Shown piece after piece: positions 9,215 to 24,200 of a stretch of DNA of 64,000 nucleotides. Source of the stretch: Eledone cirrhosa (taxonomy: Eukaryota); the NCBI GenBank assembly GCA_964016885.1, contig OZ024742.1, forward strand, positions 318,184,001 through 318,248,000, written 5' to 3'. The position numbers were made by a program, and so were the translations under genes. Below the pieces are notes generated by a model that saw nothing but the letters and a program-made list of their open reading frames with translations, did no database searches and was not told where the DNA came from. Within the stretch, counting starts at the first letter, position 1, and each line of letters begins with the position of its first letter.

Positions 9215-12200
9215 AACCAGATAGTGACTACTATCTTTAACCCAGGTAGTGACTACTATCTTTAACCCAGGGTTGTGACTACTATCTTTAACCCAGGTAG
9301 TGACTAATATCTTTAACCCAGGGTAGTGACTACTATCTTTAACCCAGTGTAGTGACTACTATCTTTAACCCAGGGTAGTGACTACTATCTTTAACCCAGG
9401 TAGTGACTACTATCTTTAACCCAGGGTAGTGACTACTATCTTTAACCCAGGTAGTGACTAATATCTTTAACCCAGGGTAGTGACTACTATCTTTAACCCA
9501 GTGTAGTGACTACTATCTTTAACCCAGGGTAGTGACTACTATCTTTAACCCAGGTGGTGACTACTATCTTTAACCCAGTGTAGTGACTACTATCTTTAAC
9601 CCAGGGTAGTGACTACTATCTTTAACCCAGGGTAGTGACTACTATCTTTAACCCAGATAGTGACTACTATCTTTAACCCAGGGTAGTGACTACTACCTTT
9701 AACCCAGGGTAGTGACTACTATCTTTAACCCAGGTAGTGACTACTATCTTTAACCCAGGGTAGTGACTACTATCTTTAACCCAGGGTAGTGACTACTATC
9801 TTTAACCCAGGGTAGTGACTACTATCTTTAACCCAGGTAGTGACTACTATCTTTAACCCAGATAGTGACTACTATCTTTAACCCAGGGTAGTGACTACTA
9901 TCTTTAACCCAGGTAGTGACTACTATCTTTAGCCCAGGGTAGTGACTACTATCTTTAACCCAGGTAGTGACTACTATCTTTAGCCCAGGATAGTGACTAC
10001 TATCTTTAACCCAGGGTAGTTACTACTATCTTTAACCCAGGGTAGTGACTACTATCTTTAACCCAGATAGTGACTACTATCTTTAACCCAGGGTAGTGAC
10101 TACTATCTTTAACCCAGGTAGTGACTACTATCTTTAACCCAGGGTAGTGACTACTATCTTTAACCCAGGTAGTGACTACTATCTTTAACCCAGGGTAGTG
10201 ACTACTATCTTTAACCCAGGGTAGTGACTACTATCTTTAACCCAGGTGGTGACTACTATCTTTAACCCAGGGTAGTGACTACTATCTTTAACCCAGGGTA
10301 GTGACTACTATCTTCAACCCAGGGTAGTGACTACTATCTTTAACCCAGGTGGTGACTACTATCTTTAACCCAGGGTAGTGACTACTATCTTTAACCCAGG
10401 GTAGTGACTACTATCTTTAACCCAGGGTAGTGACTACTATCTTCAACCCAGGGTAGTGACTACTATCTTTAACCCAGGTAGTGACTACTATCTTCAACCC
10501 AGGGTAGTGACTACTATCTTTAACCCAGGTAGTGACTACTATCTTTAACCCAGGTAGTGACTACTATCTTTAACCCAGGGTAGTGACTACTATCTTTAAC
10601 CCAGGTAGTGACTACTATCTTTAACCCAGGTGGTGACTACTATCTTTAACCCAGGCAGTGACTACTATCTATAACCCAGGGTAGTGACTACTATCTTTAA
10701 CCCAGTGTAGTGACCTCTATCCTTAACCCAGGGTAGTGACTACTATCTTTAACCCAGGGTAGTGACTACTATCTTTAACCCAGGTAGTGACTACTATCTT
10801 TAACCCAGGGTAGTGACTACTATCTTTAACCCAGGTAGTGACTACTATCTTTAACCCAGGGTAGTGACTACTATCTTTAACCCAGGTTGTGACTACTATC
10901 TTTAACCCAGGTAGCGACTACTATCTTTAACCCAGGGTAGTGACTACTATCTTTAACCCAGGGTAGTGACTACTATCTTTAACCCAGATAGTGACTACTA
11001 TCTTTAACCCAGGGTAGTGACTACTATCTTTAACCCAGGGTAGTGACTACTATCTTTAACCCAGGGTAGTGACTACTATCTTTAACCCAGGGTAGTGACT
11101 ACTACCTTCAACCCAGTTAGTGACTACTATCTTTAACCCAGGGTAGTGACTACTATCTTTAACCCAGGGTAGTGACTACTATCTTTAACCCAGGTAGTGA
11201 CTACTATCTTTAACCCAGGGTAGTGACTACTATCTTTAACCCCAGTAGTGACTACTATCTTTAACCCAGGGTAGTGACTACTATCTATAACCCAGGTAGT
11301 GACTACTATCTTTAACCCAGGTAGTGAATACTATCTTTAACCCAGGGTAGTGACTACTATCTTTAACCCAGGTAGTGACTACTATCTTTAACCCCAGTAG
11401 TGACTACTATCTTTAACCCAGGGGAGTGACTACTATCTTTAACCCAGGTAGTGACTACTATCTTTAACCCAGGGTAGTGACTAATATCTTTAACCCAGGT
11501 AGTGACTACTATCTTTAACCCAGGGTAGTGACTACTATCTTTAACCCAGCATAGTGACTACTATCTTTAACCCCAGTAGTGACTACTATCTTTAACCCAG
11601 GGTAGTGACTACTATCTATAACCCAGGTAGAGACTACTATCTTTAACCCAGGTAGTGACTACTATCTTTAACCCAGGTAGTGACTACTATCTATAACCCA
11701 GGTAGTGACTACTATCTTTAACCCAGGGTAGTGACTACTATTTTTAACCCAGGGTAGTGACTACTATCTTTAACCCAGGGTAGTGACTACTATCTTTAAC
11801 CCAGGTAGTGACTACTATCTTTAACCCAGGTAGTGACTACTATCTTTGACCCAGGTAGTAACTACTATCTTTAACCCAGGGTAGTGACTACTATCTTTAA
11901 CCCAGGGTAGTGACTACTATCTTTAACCCAGGTAGTAACTACTATCTTTAACCCAGGGTAGTGACTACTATCTTTAACCCAGGTAGTAACTACTATCTTT
12001 AACCCAGGGTAGTGACTACTATCTTTAACTCAGGTAGTGACTACTATCTATAACCCAGGTAGTGACTACTATCTTTAACCCAGGGTAGTGACTACTATCT
12101 TTAACCCAGGGTAGTGACTACTATCTTTAACTCAGGTAGTGACTACTATCTATAACCCAGGGTAGTGACTACTATCTTTAACCCAGGGTAGTGACTACTA

Positions 12201-15200
12201 TCTTTAACCCAGGGTAGTGACTACTATCTTTAACTCAGGTAGTGACTACTATCTTTAACCCAGGGTAGTCACTACTATCTTTAACTCAGGTAGTGACTAC
12301 TATCTTTAACCCAGGGTAGTGACTACTGTCTTTAACCCAGGTAGTGACTACTATCTTTAACCCAGGGTAGTGACTACTATCTTTAACTCAGGTAGTGACT
12401 ACTATCTATAACCCAGGGTAGTGACTACTATCTTTAACCCAGGGTAGTGACTACTATCTTTAACCCAGGGTAGTGACTACTATCTTTAACCCAGGTAGTA
12501 ACTACTATCTTTAACCCAGGGTAGTGACTACTATCTTTAACTCAGGTAGTGACTACTATCTATAACCCAGGGTAGTGACTACTATCTTTAACTCAGGGTA
12601 GTGACTACTATCTTTAACCCAGGATAGTGACTACTATCTTTAACTCAGGTAGTGACTACTATCTTTAACCCAGGGTAGTGACTACTATCTTTAACCCAGG
12701 TAGTGACTACTATCTTTAACCCAGGTAGTGACTACTATCTATAACCCAGGGTAGTGACTACTATCTTTAACACAGGTAGTTACTACTATCTTTAACCCAG
12801 GGTAGTGACTACTATCTTTAGCCAGGGTAGTGACTACTATCTTTAACCCAGGTAGTGACTACTATATTTAACGCAGGGTAGTGACTACTATCTTTAACCC
12901 AGATAGTGACTACTATCTTTAACCCAGGGTAGTGACTACTATCTTTAACCCAGGGTAGTGACTACTATCTTTAACCCAGGGTAGTGACTACTATCTTTAA
13001 CCCAGGGTAGTGACTACTACCTTCAACCCAGGTAGTGACTACTATCTTTAACCCAGGGTAGTGACTACTATCTTTAACCCAGGGTAGTGACTACTATCTT
13101 TAACCCAGGTAGTGACTACTTTCTTTAACCCAGGGTAGTGACTACTATCTTTAACCCAGGGTAGTGACTACTATCTTTAACCCAGGTTAGTGACTACTAT
13201 CTTTAACCCAGGGTAGTGACTACTATCTTTAACCCAGGTTAGTGACTACTATCTTTAACCCAGGGTAGTGACTACTATCTTTAACCCAGGTACTGACTAC
13301 TATCTTTAACCCAGGAAGTGACTACTATCTTTAACATAGGGTAGTGACTACTATCTTTAACCCAGGGTAGTGACTACTATCTTTAACCCAGGTAGTGACT
13401 AATATCTTTAACCCAGAGTAGTGACTACTATCTTTAACCCAGGTAGTGACTACTATCTTTAACCCCAGTAGTGACTACTATCTTTAACCCAGGGTAGTGA
13501 CTACTATCTATAACCCAGGTAGTGACTACTATCTTTAACCCAGGGTAGTTACTACTATCTTTAACCCAGGGTAGTGACTACTATCTTTAACACAGGGTAG
13601 TGACTACTATCTTTAACCCAGGGTAGTGACTACTATCTTTAACCCAGGTAGTGACTTCTATCTTTAACCCAGGTAGCGACTACTATCTTTAACCCAGGGT
13701 AGTGACTACTATCTTTAACCCAGGGTAGTGGCTACTATCTTTAACCCAGGGTAGTGACTACTATCTTTAAACCAGATAGTGACAACTATCTTTAACCCAG
13801 GGTAGTGACTACTATCATTAACCCAGGGTAGTGACTACTATCTTTAACCCAGGGTAATGACTACTATCTTTAACCCAGGGTAGTGACTACTACCTTCAAC
13901 CCAGGTAGTGACTACTATCTTTAACCCAGGGTAGTGACTACTATCTTTAACCCAGGGTAGTGACTACTATCTTTAACCCAGGTAGTGACTACTATCTTTA
14001 ACCCAGGGTAGTGACTACTATCTTTAACCCAGGGTAGTGACTACTATCTTTAACCCAGGGTAGTGACTACTATCTTTAACCCAGTATAGTGACCTCTATC
14101 CTTAACCCAGGGTAGTGACTACTATCTTTAACCCAGGTAGTGACTACTATCTTTAACCCAGGGTAGTGACTACTATCTTTAACCCAGGGTAGTGACTACT
14201 ATCTTTAACCCAGGTAGTGACTTCTATCTTTAACCCAGGTAGCGACTACTATCTTTAACCCAGGGTAGTGACTACTATCTTTAACCCAGGGTAGTGACTA
14301 CTATCTTTAACCCAGAGTAGCGACTACTATTTTTAACCCAGGGTAGTGACTACTATCTTTAACACAGGGCAGTGACTACTACCTTCAACCCAGGTAGTGA
14401 CTACTATCTTTAACCCAGGGTAGTGACTACTATCTTTAACCCAGGGTAGTGACTACTATCTTTAACCCAGGTAGTGACTACTATCTTTAACCCAGGGTAG
14501 TGACTACTATCTTTAACCCAGGGTAGTGACTACTATCTTTAACCCAGGTAGTGACTACTATCTTTAACCCAGTATAGTGACCTCTATCCTTAACCCAGGG
14601 TAGTGACTACTATCTATAACCCAGATAGTGACTACTATCTTTAACCTAGGGTAGTGACTACTATCTTTAACCCAGGGTAGTGACTACTATCTTTAACCCA
14701 GGGTGGTGACTACTACCTTCAACCCAGGTAGTGACTACTATCTTTAACCCAGGGTAGTGACTAATATCTTTAACCCAGGGTAGTGACTACTATCTTTAAC
14801 CCAGGGTAGTGACTACTACCTTCAACCCAGGTAGTGACTACTATCTTTAACCCAGGGTAGTGACTACTATCTTTAACCCAGGGTAGTGACTACTATCTTT
14901 AACCCAGGTAGTGACTACTTTCTTTAACCCAGGGTAGTGACTACTATCTTTAACCCAGGGTAGTGACTACTATCTTTAACCCAGGTTAGTGACTACTATC
15001 TTTAACCCAGGGTAGTGACTACTATCTTTAACCCAGGTTAGTGACTACTATCTTTAACCCAGGGTAGTGACTACTATCTTTAACCCAGGTAGTGACTACT
15101 ATCTTTAACCCAGGTAGTGACTACTATCTTTAACATAGGGTAGTGACTACTATCTTTAACCCAGGGCAGTGACTACTATCTTTAACCCAGGTAGTGACTA

Positions 15201-18200
15201 ATATCTTTAACCCAGGGTAGTGACTACTATCTTTAACCCAGGTAGTGACTACTATCTTTAACCCCAGTAGAGACTACTATCTTTAACCCAGGGTAGTGAC
15301 TACTATCTATAACCCAGGTAGTGACTACTATCTTTAACCCAGGGTAGTTACTACTATCTTTAACCCAGGGTAGTGACTACTATCTTTAACACAGGGTAGT
15401 GACTACTATCTTTAACCCAGGGTAGTGACTACTATCTTTAACCCAGGTAGTGACTTCTATCTTTAACCCAGGTAGCGACTACTATCTTTAACCCAGGGTA
15501 TTGACTACTATCTTTAACCCAGGGTAGTGACTACTATCTTTAACCCAGGGTAGTGACTACTATCTTTAACCCAGATAGTGACTACTATCTTTAACCCAGG
15601 GTAGTGACTACTATCTTTAACCCAGGGTAGTGACTACTATCTTTAACCCAGGGTAGTGACTACTATCTTTAACCCAGGGTAGTGACTACTACCTTCAACC
15701 CAGGTAGTGACTACTATCTTTAACCCAGGGTAGTGACTACTATCTTTAACCCAGGGTAGTGACTACTATCTTTAACCCAGGTAGTGACTACTATCTTTAA
15801 CCCAGGGTAGTGACTACTATCTTTAACCCAGGGTAGTGACTACTATCTTTAACCCAGGTAGTGACTACTATCTTTAACCCAGTATAGTGACCTCTATCCT
15901 TAACCCAGGGTAGTGACTACTATCTTTAACCCAGGTAGTGACTACTATCTTTAACCCAGGGTAGTGACTACTATCTTTAACCCAGGGTAGTGACTACTAT
16001 CTTTAACCCAGGTAGTGACTTCTATCTTTAACCCAGGTAGCGACAACTATCTTTAACCCAGGGTAGTGACTACTATCTTTAACCCAGGGTAGTGACTACT
16101 ATCTTAACCCAGGGTAGTGACTACTATCTTTAACTCAGATAGTGACTACTATCTTTAACCCAGGGTAGTAACTACTATCTTTAACCCAGGGTAGTGACTC
16201 CTATCTTTAACCCAGGGTAGTTACTACTATCTTTAACCCAGGGTAGTGACTACTATCTTTAACACAGGGTAGTGACTACTATCTTTAACCCAGGGTAGTG
16301 ACTACTATCTTTAACCCAGGTAGTGACTTCTATCTTTAACCCAGGTAGCGACTACTATCTTTAACCCAGGGTATTGACTACTATCTTTAACCCAGGGTAG
16401 TGACTACTATCTTTAACCCAGGGTAGTGACTACTATCTTTAACCCAGATAGTGACTACTATCTTTAACCCAGGGTAGTGACTACTATCTTTAACCCAGGG
16501 TAGTGACTACTATCTTTAACCCAGGGTAGTGACTACTATCTTTAACCCAGGGTAGTGACTACTACCTTCAACCCAGGTAGTGACTACTATCTTTAACCCA
16601 GGGTAGTGACTACTATCTTTAACCCAGGGTAGTGACTACTATCTTTAACCCAGGTAGTGACTACTATCTTTAACCCAGGGTAGTGACTACTATCTTTAAC
16701 CCAGGGTAGTGACTACTATCTTTAACCCAGGTAGTGACTACTATCTTTAACCCAGTATAGTGACCTCTATCCTTAACCCAGGGTAGTGACTACTATCTTT
16801 AACCCAGGTAGTGACTACTATCTTTAACCCAGGGTAGTGACTACTATCTTTAACCCAGGGTAGTGACTACTATCTTTAACCCAGGGTAGTGACTACTATC
16901 TATAACCCAGGTAGTGACTACTATCTTTAACCCAGTGTAGTTACTACTATCTTTAACCCAGGGTAGTGACTACTATCTTTAACACAGGGTAGTGACTACT
17001 ACCTTTAACCCAGGGTAGTGACTACTATCTTTAACATAGGGTAGTGACTACTATCTTTAACCCAGGGCAGTGACTACTATCTTTAACCCAGGTAGTGACT
17101 AATATCTTTAACCCAGGGTAGTGACTACTATCTTTAACCCAGGTAGTGACTACTATCTTTAACCCCAGTAGTGACTACTATCTTTAACCCAGGGTAGTGA
17201 CTACTATCTATAACCCAGGTAGTGACTACTATCTTTAACCCAGGGTAGTTACTACTATCTTTAACCCAGGGTAGTGACTACTATCTTTAACACAGGGTAG
17301 TGACTACTATCTTTAACCCAGGGTAGTGACTACTATCTTTAACCCAGGTAGTGACTTCTATCTTTAACCCAGGTATCGACTACTATCTTTAACCCAGGGT
17401 ATTGACTACTATCTTTAACCCAGGGTAGTGACTACTATCTTTAACCCAGGGTAGTGACTACTATCTTTAACCCAGATAGTGACTACTATCTTTAACCCAG
17501 GGTAGTGACTACTATCTTTAACCCAGGGTAGTGACTACTATCTTTAACCCAGGGTAGTGACTACTATCTTTAACCCAGGGTAGTGACTACTACCTTCAAC
17601 CCAGGTAGTGACTACTATCTTTAACCCAGGGTAGTGACTACTATCTTTAACCCAGGGTAGTGACTACTATCTTTAACCCAGGTAGTGACTACTATCTTTA
17701 ACCCAGGGTAGTGACTACTATCTTTAACCCAGGGTAGTGACTACTATCTTTAACCCAGGTAGTGACTACTATCTTTAACCCAGTATAGTGACCTCTATCC
17801 TTAACCCAGGGTAGTGACTACTATCTTTAACCCAGGTAGTGACTACTATCTTTAACCCAGGGTAGTGACTACTATCTTTAACCCAGGGTAGTGACTACTA
17901 TCTTTAACCCAGGTAGTGACTTCTATCTTTAACCCAGGTAGCGACAACTATCTTTAACCCAGGGTAGTGACTACTATCTTTAACCCAGGGTAGTGACTAC
18001 TATCTTTAACCCAGGGTAGTGACTACTATCTTTAACTCAGATAGTGACTACTATCTTTAACCCAGGGTAGTAACTACTATCTTTAACCCAGGGTAGTGAC
18101 TCCTATCTTTAACCCAGGGTAGTGACTACTATCTTTAACCCAGGGTAGTGACTACTACCTTCAACCCAGGTAGTGACTACTATCCTTTACCCAGGGTAGT

Positions 18201-21200
18201 GACTACTATCTTTAACCCAGGGTAGTGACTACTATCTTTAACCCAGGTAGTGACTACTATCTTTAACCCAGGGTAGTGACTACTATCTTTAACCCAGGGT
18301 AGTGACTACTATCTTTAACCCAGGTAGTGACTACTATCTTTAACCCAGTATAGTGACCTCTATCCTTAACCCAGGGTAGTGACTACTATCTTTAACCCAG
18401 GTAGTGACTACTATCTTTAACCCAGGGTAGTGACTACTATCTGTAACCCAGGGTACTAACTACTATCTTTAACCCAGGGTAGTGACTACTATCTTTAACC
18501 CAGGTAGTGACTTCTATCTTTAACCCAGGTAGCGACTACTATCTTTAACCCAGGGTATTGACTACTATCTTTAACCCAGGGTAGTGACTACTATCTTTAA
18601 CCCAGGGTAGTGACTACTATCTTTAACCCAGATAGTGACTACTATCTTTAACCCAGGGTAGTGACTACTATCTTTAACCCAGGGTAGTGACTACTATCTT
18701 TAACCCAGGGTAGTGACTACTATCTTTAACCCAGGGTAGTGACTACTACCTTCAACCCAGGTAGTGACTACTATCTTTAACCCAGGGTAGTGACTACTAT
18801 CTTTAACCCAGGGTAGTGACTACTATCTTTAACCCAGGTAGTGACTACTATCTTTAACCCAGGGTAGTGACTACTATCTTTAACCCAGGGTAGTGACTAC
18901 TATCTTTAACCCAGGTAGTGACTACTATCTTTAACCCAGTATAGTGACCTCTATCCTTAACCCAGGGTAGTGACTACTATCTTTAACCCAGGGTAGTGAC
19001 TACTATCTTTAACCCAGGGTAGTGACTACTATCTATAACCCAGGTAGTGACTACTATCTTTAACCCAGGGTAGTTACTACTATCTTTAACCCAGGGTAGT
19101 GACTACCATCTTTAACACAGGGTAGTGACTACTACCTTTAACCCAGGGTAGTGACTACTATCTTTAACATAGGGTAGTGACTACTATCTTTAACCCAGGG
19201 CAGTGACTACTATCTTTAACCCAGGTAGTGACTAATATCTTTAACCCAGGGTAGTGACTACTATCTTTAACCCAGGGTAGTGACTACTATCTTTAACCCA
19301 GGTAGTGACTACTATCTTTAACCCAGTATAGTGACCTCTATCCTTAACCCAGGGTAGTGACTACTATCTTTAACCCAGGTAGTGACTACTATCTTTAACC
19401 CAGGGTAGTGACTACTATCTGTAACCCAGGGTACTAACTACTATCTTTAACCCAGGGTAGTGACTACTATCTTTATCCCAGGTAGTGACTTCTATCTTTA
19501 ACCCAGGTAGCGACTACTATCTTTAACCCAGGGTATTGACTACTATCTTTAACCCAGGGTAGTGACTACTATCTTTAACCCAGGGTAGTGACTACTATCT
19601 TTAACCCAGATAGTGACTACTATCTTTAACCCAGGGTAGTGACTACTATCTTTAACCCAGGGTAGTGACTACTATCTTTAACCCAGGGTAGTGACTACTA
19701 TCTTTAACCCAGGGTAGTGACTACTACCTTCAACCCAGGTAGTGACTACTATCTTTAACCCAGGGTAGTGACTACTATCTTTAACCCAGGGTAGTGACTA
19801 CTATCTTTAACCCAGGTAGTGACTACTATCTTTAACCCAGGGTAGTGACTACTATCTTTAACCCAGGGTAGTGACTACTATCTTTAACCCAGGTAGTGAC
19901 TACTATCTTTAACCCAGTATAGTGACCTCTATCCTTAACCCAGGGTAGTGACTACTATCTTTAACCCAGGGTAGTGACTACTATCTTTAACCCAGGGTAG
20001 TGACTACTATCTATAACCCAGGTAGTGACTACTATCTTTAACCCAGGGTAGTTACTACTATCTTTAACCCAGGGTAGTGACTACTATCTTTAACACAGGG
20101 TAGTGACTACTACCTTTAACCCAGGGTAGTGACTACTATCTTTAACATAGGGTAGTGACTACTATCTTTAACCCAGGGCAGTGACTACTATCTTTAACCC
20201 AGGTAGTGACTAATATCTTTAACCCAGGGTAGTGACTACTATCTTTAACCCAGGTAGTGACTACTATCTTTAACCCCAGTAGTGACTACTATCTTTAACC
20301 CAGGGTAGTGACTACTATCTATAACCCAGGTAGTGACTACTATCTTTAACCCAGGGTAGTTACTACTATCTTTAACCCAGGGTAGTGACTACTATCTTTA
20401 ACACAGGGTAGTGACTACTATATTTAACCCAGGGTAGTGACTACTATCTTTAACCCAGGTAGTGACTTCTATCTTTAACCCAGGTAGCGACTACTATCTT
20501 TAACCCAGGGTATTGACTACTATCTTTAACCCAGGGTAGTGACTACTATCTTTAACCCAGGGTAGTGACTACTATCTTTAACCCAGATAGTGACTACTAT
20601 CTTTAACCCAGGGTAGTGACTACTATCTTTAACCCAGGGTAGTGACTACTATCTTTAACCCAGGGTAGTGACTACTATCTTTAACCCAGGGTAGTGACTA
20701 CTACCTTCAACCCAGGTAGTGACTACTATCTTTAACCCAGGGTAGTGACTACTATCTTTAACCCAGGGTAGTGACTACTATCTTTAACCCAGGTAGTGAC
20801 TACTATCTTTAACCCAGGGTAGTGACTACTATCTTTAACCCAGGGTAGTGACTACTATCTTTAACCCAGGTAGTGACTACTATCTTTAACCCAGTATAGT
20901 GACCTCTATCCTTAACCCAGGGTAGTGACTACTATCTTTAACCCAGGTAGTGACTACTATCTTTAACCCAGGGTAGTGACTACTATCTTTAACCCAGGGT
21001 AGTGACTACTATCTTTAACCCAGGTAGTGACTTCTATCTTTAACCCAGGTAGCGACAACTATCTTTAACCCAGGGTAGTGACTACTATCTTTAACCCAGG
21101 GTAGTGACTACTATCTTTAACCCAGGGTAGTGACTACTATCTTTAACTCAGATAGTGACTACTATCTTTAACCCAGGGTAGTAACTACTATCTTTAACCC

Positions 21201-24200
21201 AGGGTAGTGACTCCTATCTTTAACCCAGGGTAGTGACTACTATCTTTAACCCAGGGTAGTGACTACTACCTTCAACCCAGGTAGTGACTACTATCCTTTA
21301 CCCAGGGTAGTGACTACTATCTTTAACCCAGGGTAGTGACTACTATCTTTAACCCAGGTAGTGACTACTATCTTTAACCCAGGGTAGTGACTACTATCTT
21401 TAACCCAGGGTAGTGACTACTATCTTTAACCCAGGTAGTGACTACTATCTTTAACCCAGTATAGTGACCTCTATCCTTAACCCAGGGTAGTGACTACTAT
21501 CTTTAACCCAGGTAGTGACTACTATCTTTAACCCAGGGTAGTGACTACTATCTGTAACCCAGGGTACTAACTACTATCTTTAACCCAGGTAGTGACTACT
21601 ATCTTTAACCCAGGGTAGTGACTACTATCTTTAACCCAGGTAGTGACTACTATCTTTAACCCAGGGTAGTGACTACTATCTTTAACCCAGGTAGTGAACA
21701 CTATCTTTAACCCAGGGTAGTGACTACTATCTTTAACCCAGGTGGTGACTACTATCTTTAACCCAGGTAGTGACTACTATCTTTAACCCAGGTAGTGACC
21801 ACTATCTTTAACCCAGGGTAGTGACTACTATCTTTAACCCAGGTAGTGACTACTATCTATAACCCAGGTAGTGACTACTATCTTTAACCCACGGTAGTGA
21901 CTACTATCTTTAACCCAGGTAGTGACTACTATCTTTAACCCAGGTAGTGACTACTATCTTTAACCCAGGTAGTGACTACTATCTTTAACCCAGGTAGTGA
22001 CCACTATCTTTAACCCAGGGCAGTGACTACTATCTTTAACCCAGGTAGTGACTACTATCTTTAACCCAGTATAGTGACCTCTATCCTTAACCCAGGGTAG
22101 TGACTACTATCTTTAACCCAGGTAGTGACTACTATCTTTAACCCAGGGTAGTGACTACTATCTTTAACCCAGGGTAGTGACTACTATCCTTAACCCAGGG
22201 TAGAGACTACTATTTTAACCCAGGTAGTGACTACTATCTTTAACCCAGGTAGTGACTACTATCTTTAACCCAGGGTAGTGACTACTATCTTTAACCCAGG
22301 GTAGTGACTACTATCCTTAACCCAGGGTAGAGACTACTATCTTTAACCCAGGTAGTGACTACTATCTTTAACCCAGGTAGTGACTACTATCTTTAACCCA
22401 GGTAGTGACTACTATCTTTAACCCAGGTAGTGACTACTATCTTTAACCCAGGTAGTGACTACTATCTTTAACACAGGGTAGTGACTACTATCTTTAACCC
22501 AGGTAGTGACTACTATCTTTAACCCAGGTTAGTGACTACTATCTTTAACCCAGGGTAGTGACTACTATCTTTAACCCAGGGTAGTGACTACTATCTTTAA
22601 CCCAGGTAGTGACCACTATCTTTAACCCAGGGTAGTGACTACTATCTTTAACCCAGGTAGTGACTACTATCTTTAACCCAGGGTAGTGACTACTATCTTT
22701 AACCCAGGTAGTGACTACTATCTTTAACCCAGGTAGTGAATACTATCTTTAACCCAGGTTAGTGACTACTATCTTTAACCCAGGGTAGTGACTAATATCT
22801 TTAACCCAGGTAGTGACTACTATCTTTAACCCAGGCTAGTGACTACTATCTTTAACCCAGGTAGTGACTACTATCTTTAACCCAGGTTAGTGACTACTAT
22901 CTATAACCCAGGGTAGTGACTACTATCTTTAACCCAGTGTAGTGACTACTATCTTTAACCCAGGGTAGTGACTACTATCTTTAACCCAGGTAGTAACTAC
23001 TATCCTTAACCCAGAGTAGTGACTACTATCTTTAGCCAGGGTAGTGACTACTATCTTTAACCCAGGTAGTGACTACTATCTTTAACCCAGGGTAGTGACT
23101 ACTATCTTTAACCCAGGGTAGTGACTACTATCTTTAACCCAGGGTAGTGACTAATATCTTTAACCCAGGTAGTGACTACTATCTTTAACCCAGGTAGTGA
23201 CTACTATCTTTAACCCAGGTAGTGACTACTATCTTTAACCCAGGTAGTGACTACTATCTTTAGCCAGGGTAGTGACTACTATCTTTAACCCAGGTTGTGA
23301 CTACTATCTTTAACCCAGGGTAGTGACTACTATCTTTAACCCAGGGTAGTGACTAATATCTTTAACCCAGGTAGTGACTACTATCTTTAACCCAGGTAGT
23401 GACTACTATCTTTAACCCAGGTAGTGACTACTATCTTTAACCCAGGGTAGTGACTACTATCTTTAACCCAGGTAGTGACTTCTATCTTTAACCCAGCGTA
23501 GTGACTACTATCTTTAACCCAGGGTAGTGACTACTATCTTTAACCCAGGTTAGTGACTACTATCTATAACCCAGGTAGTGACTACTATCTTTAACCCAGG
23601 TAGTGACTACTATCTTTAACCCAGGGTAGTGACTACTATCTTTAACCCAGGGTAGTGACTACTATCTTTAACCCAGGGTAGTGACTACTATCTTTAAACC
23701 AGGGTAGTGACTACTACCTTTAACCCAGGGTAGCGACTACTATCTTTAACCCAGGGTAGTGACTACTATCTTTATCCCAGGGTAGTGACTACTATCTTTA
23801 ACCCAGGGTAGTGACTACTATCTTTAACCCAGATAGTGACTACTATCTTTAACCCAGGGTAGTGACTACTATCTTTAACCCAGGTTGTGACTACTATCTA
23901 TAACTCAGGTAGTGACTACTATCTTTAACCCGGGTAGTGACTACTATCTTTAACCCAGGGTAGTGACTACTATCTTTAACCCAGGATAGTGACTACTATC
24001 TATAACCCAGGGTAGTGACTACTGTCTTTAACCCAGGGTAGTGACTACTATCTTTAACACAGGGTAGTGACTACTATCTTTAACCCAGGGTAGTGACTAC
24101 TATCTTTAACCCAGGTAGTGACTTCTATCTTTAACCCAGGTACCGACTCCTATCTTTAACCCAGGGTAGTGACTACTATCTTTAACCCAGGGTAGTGACT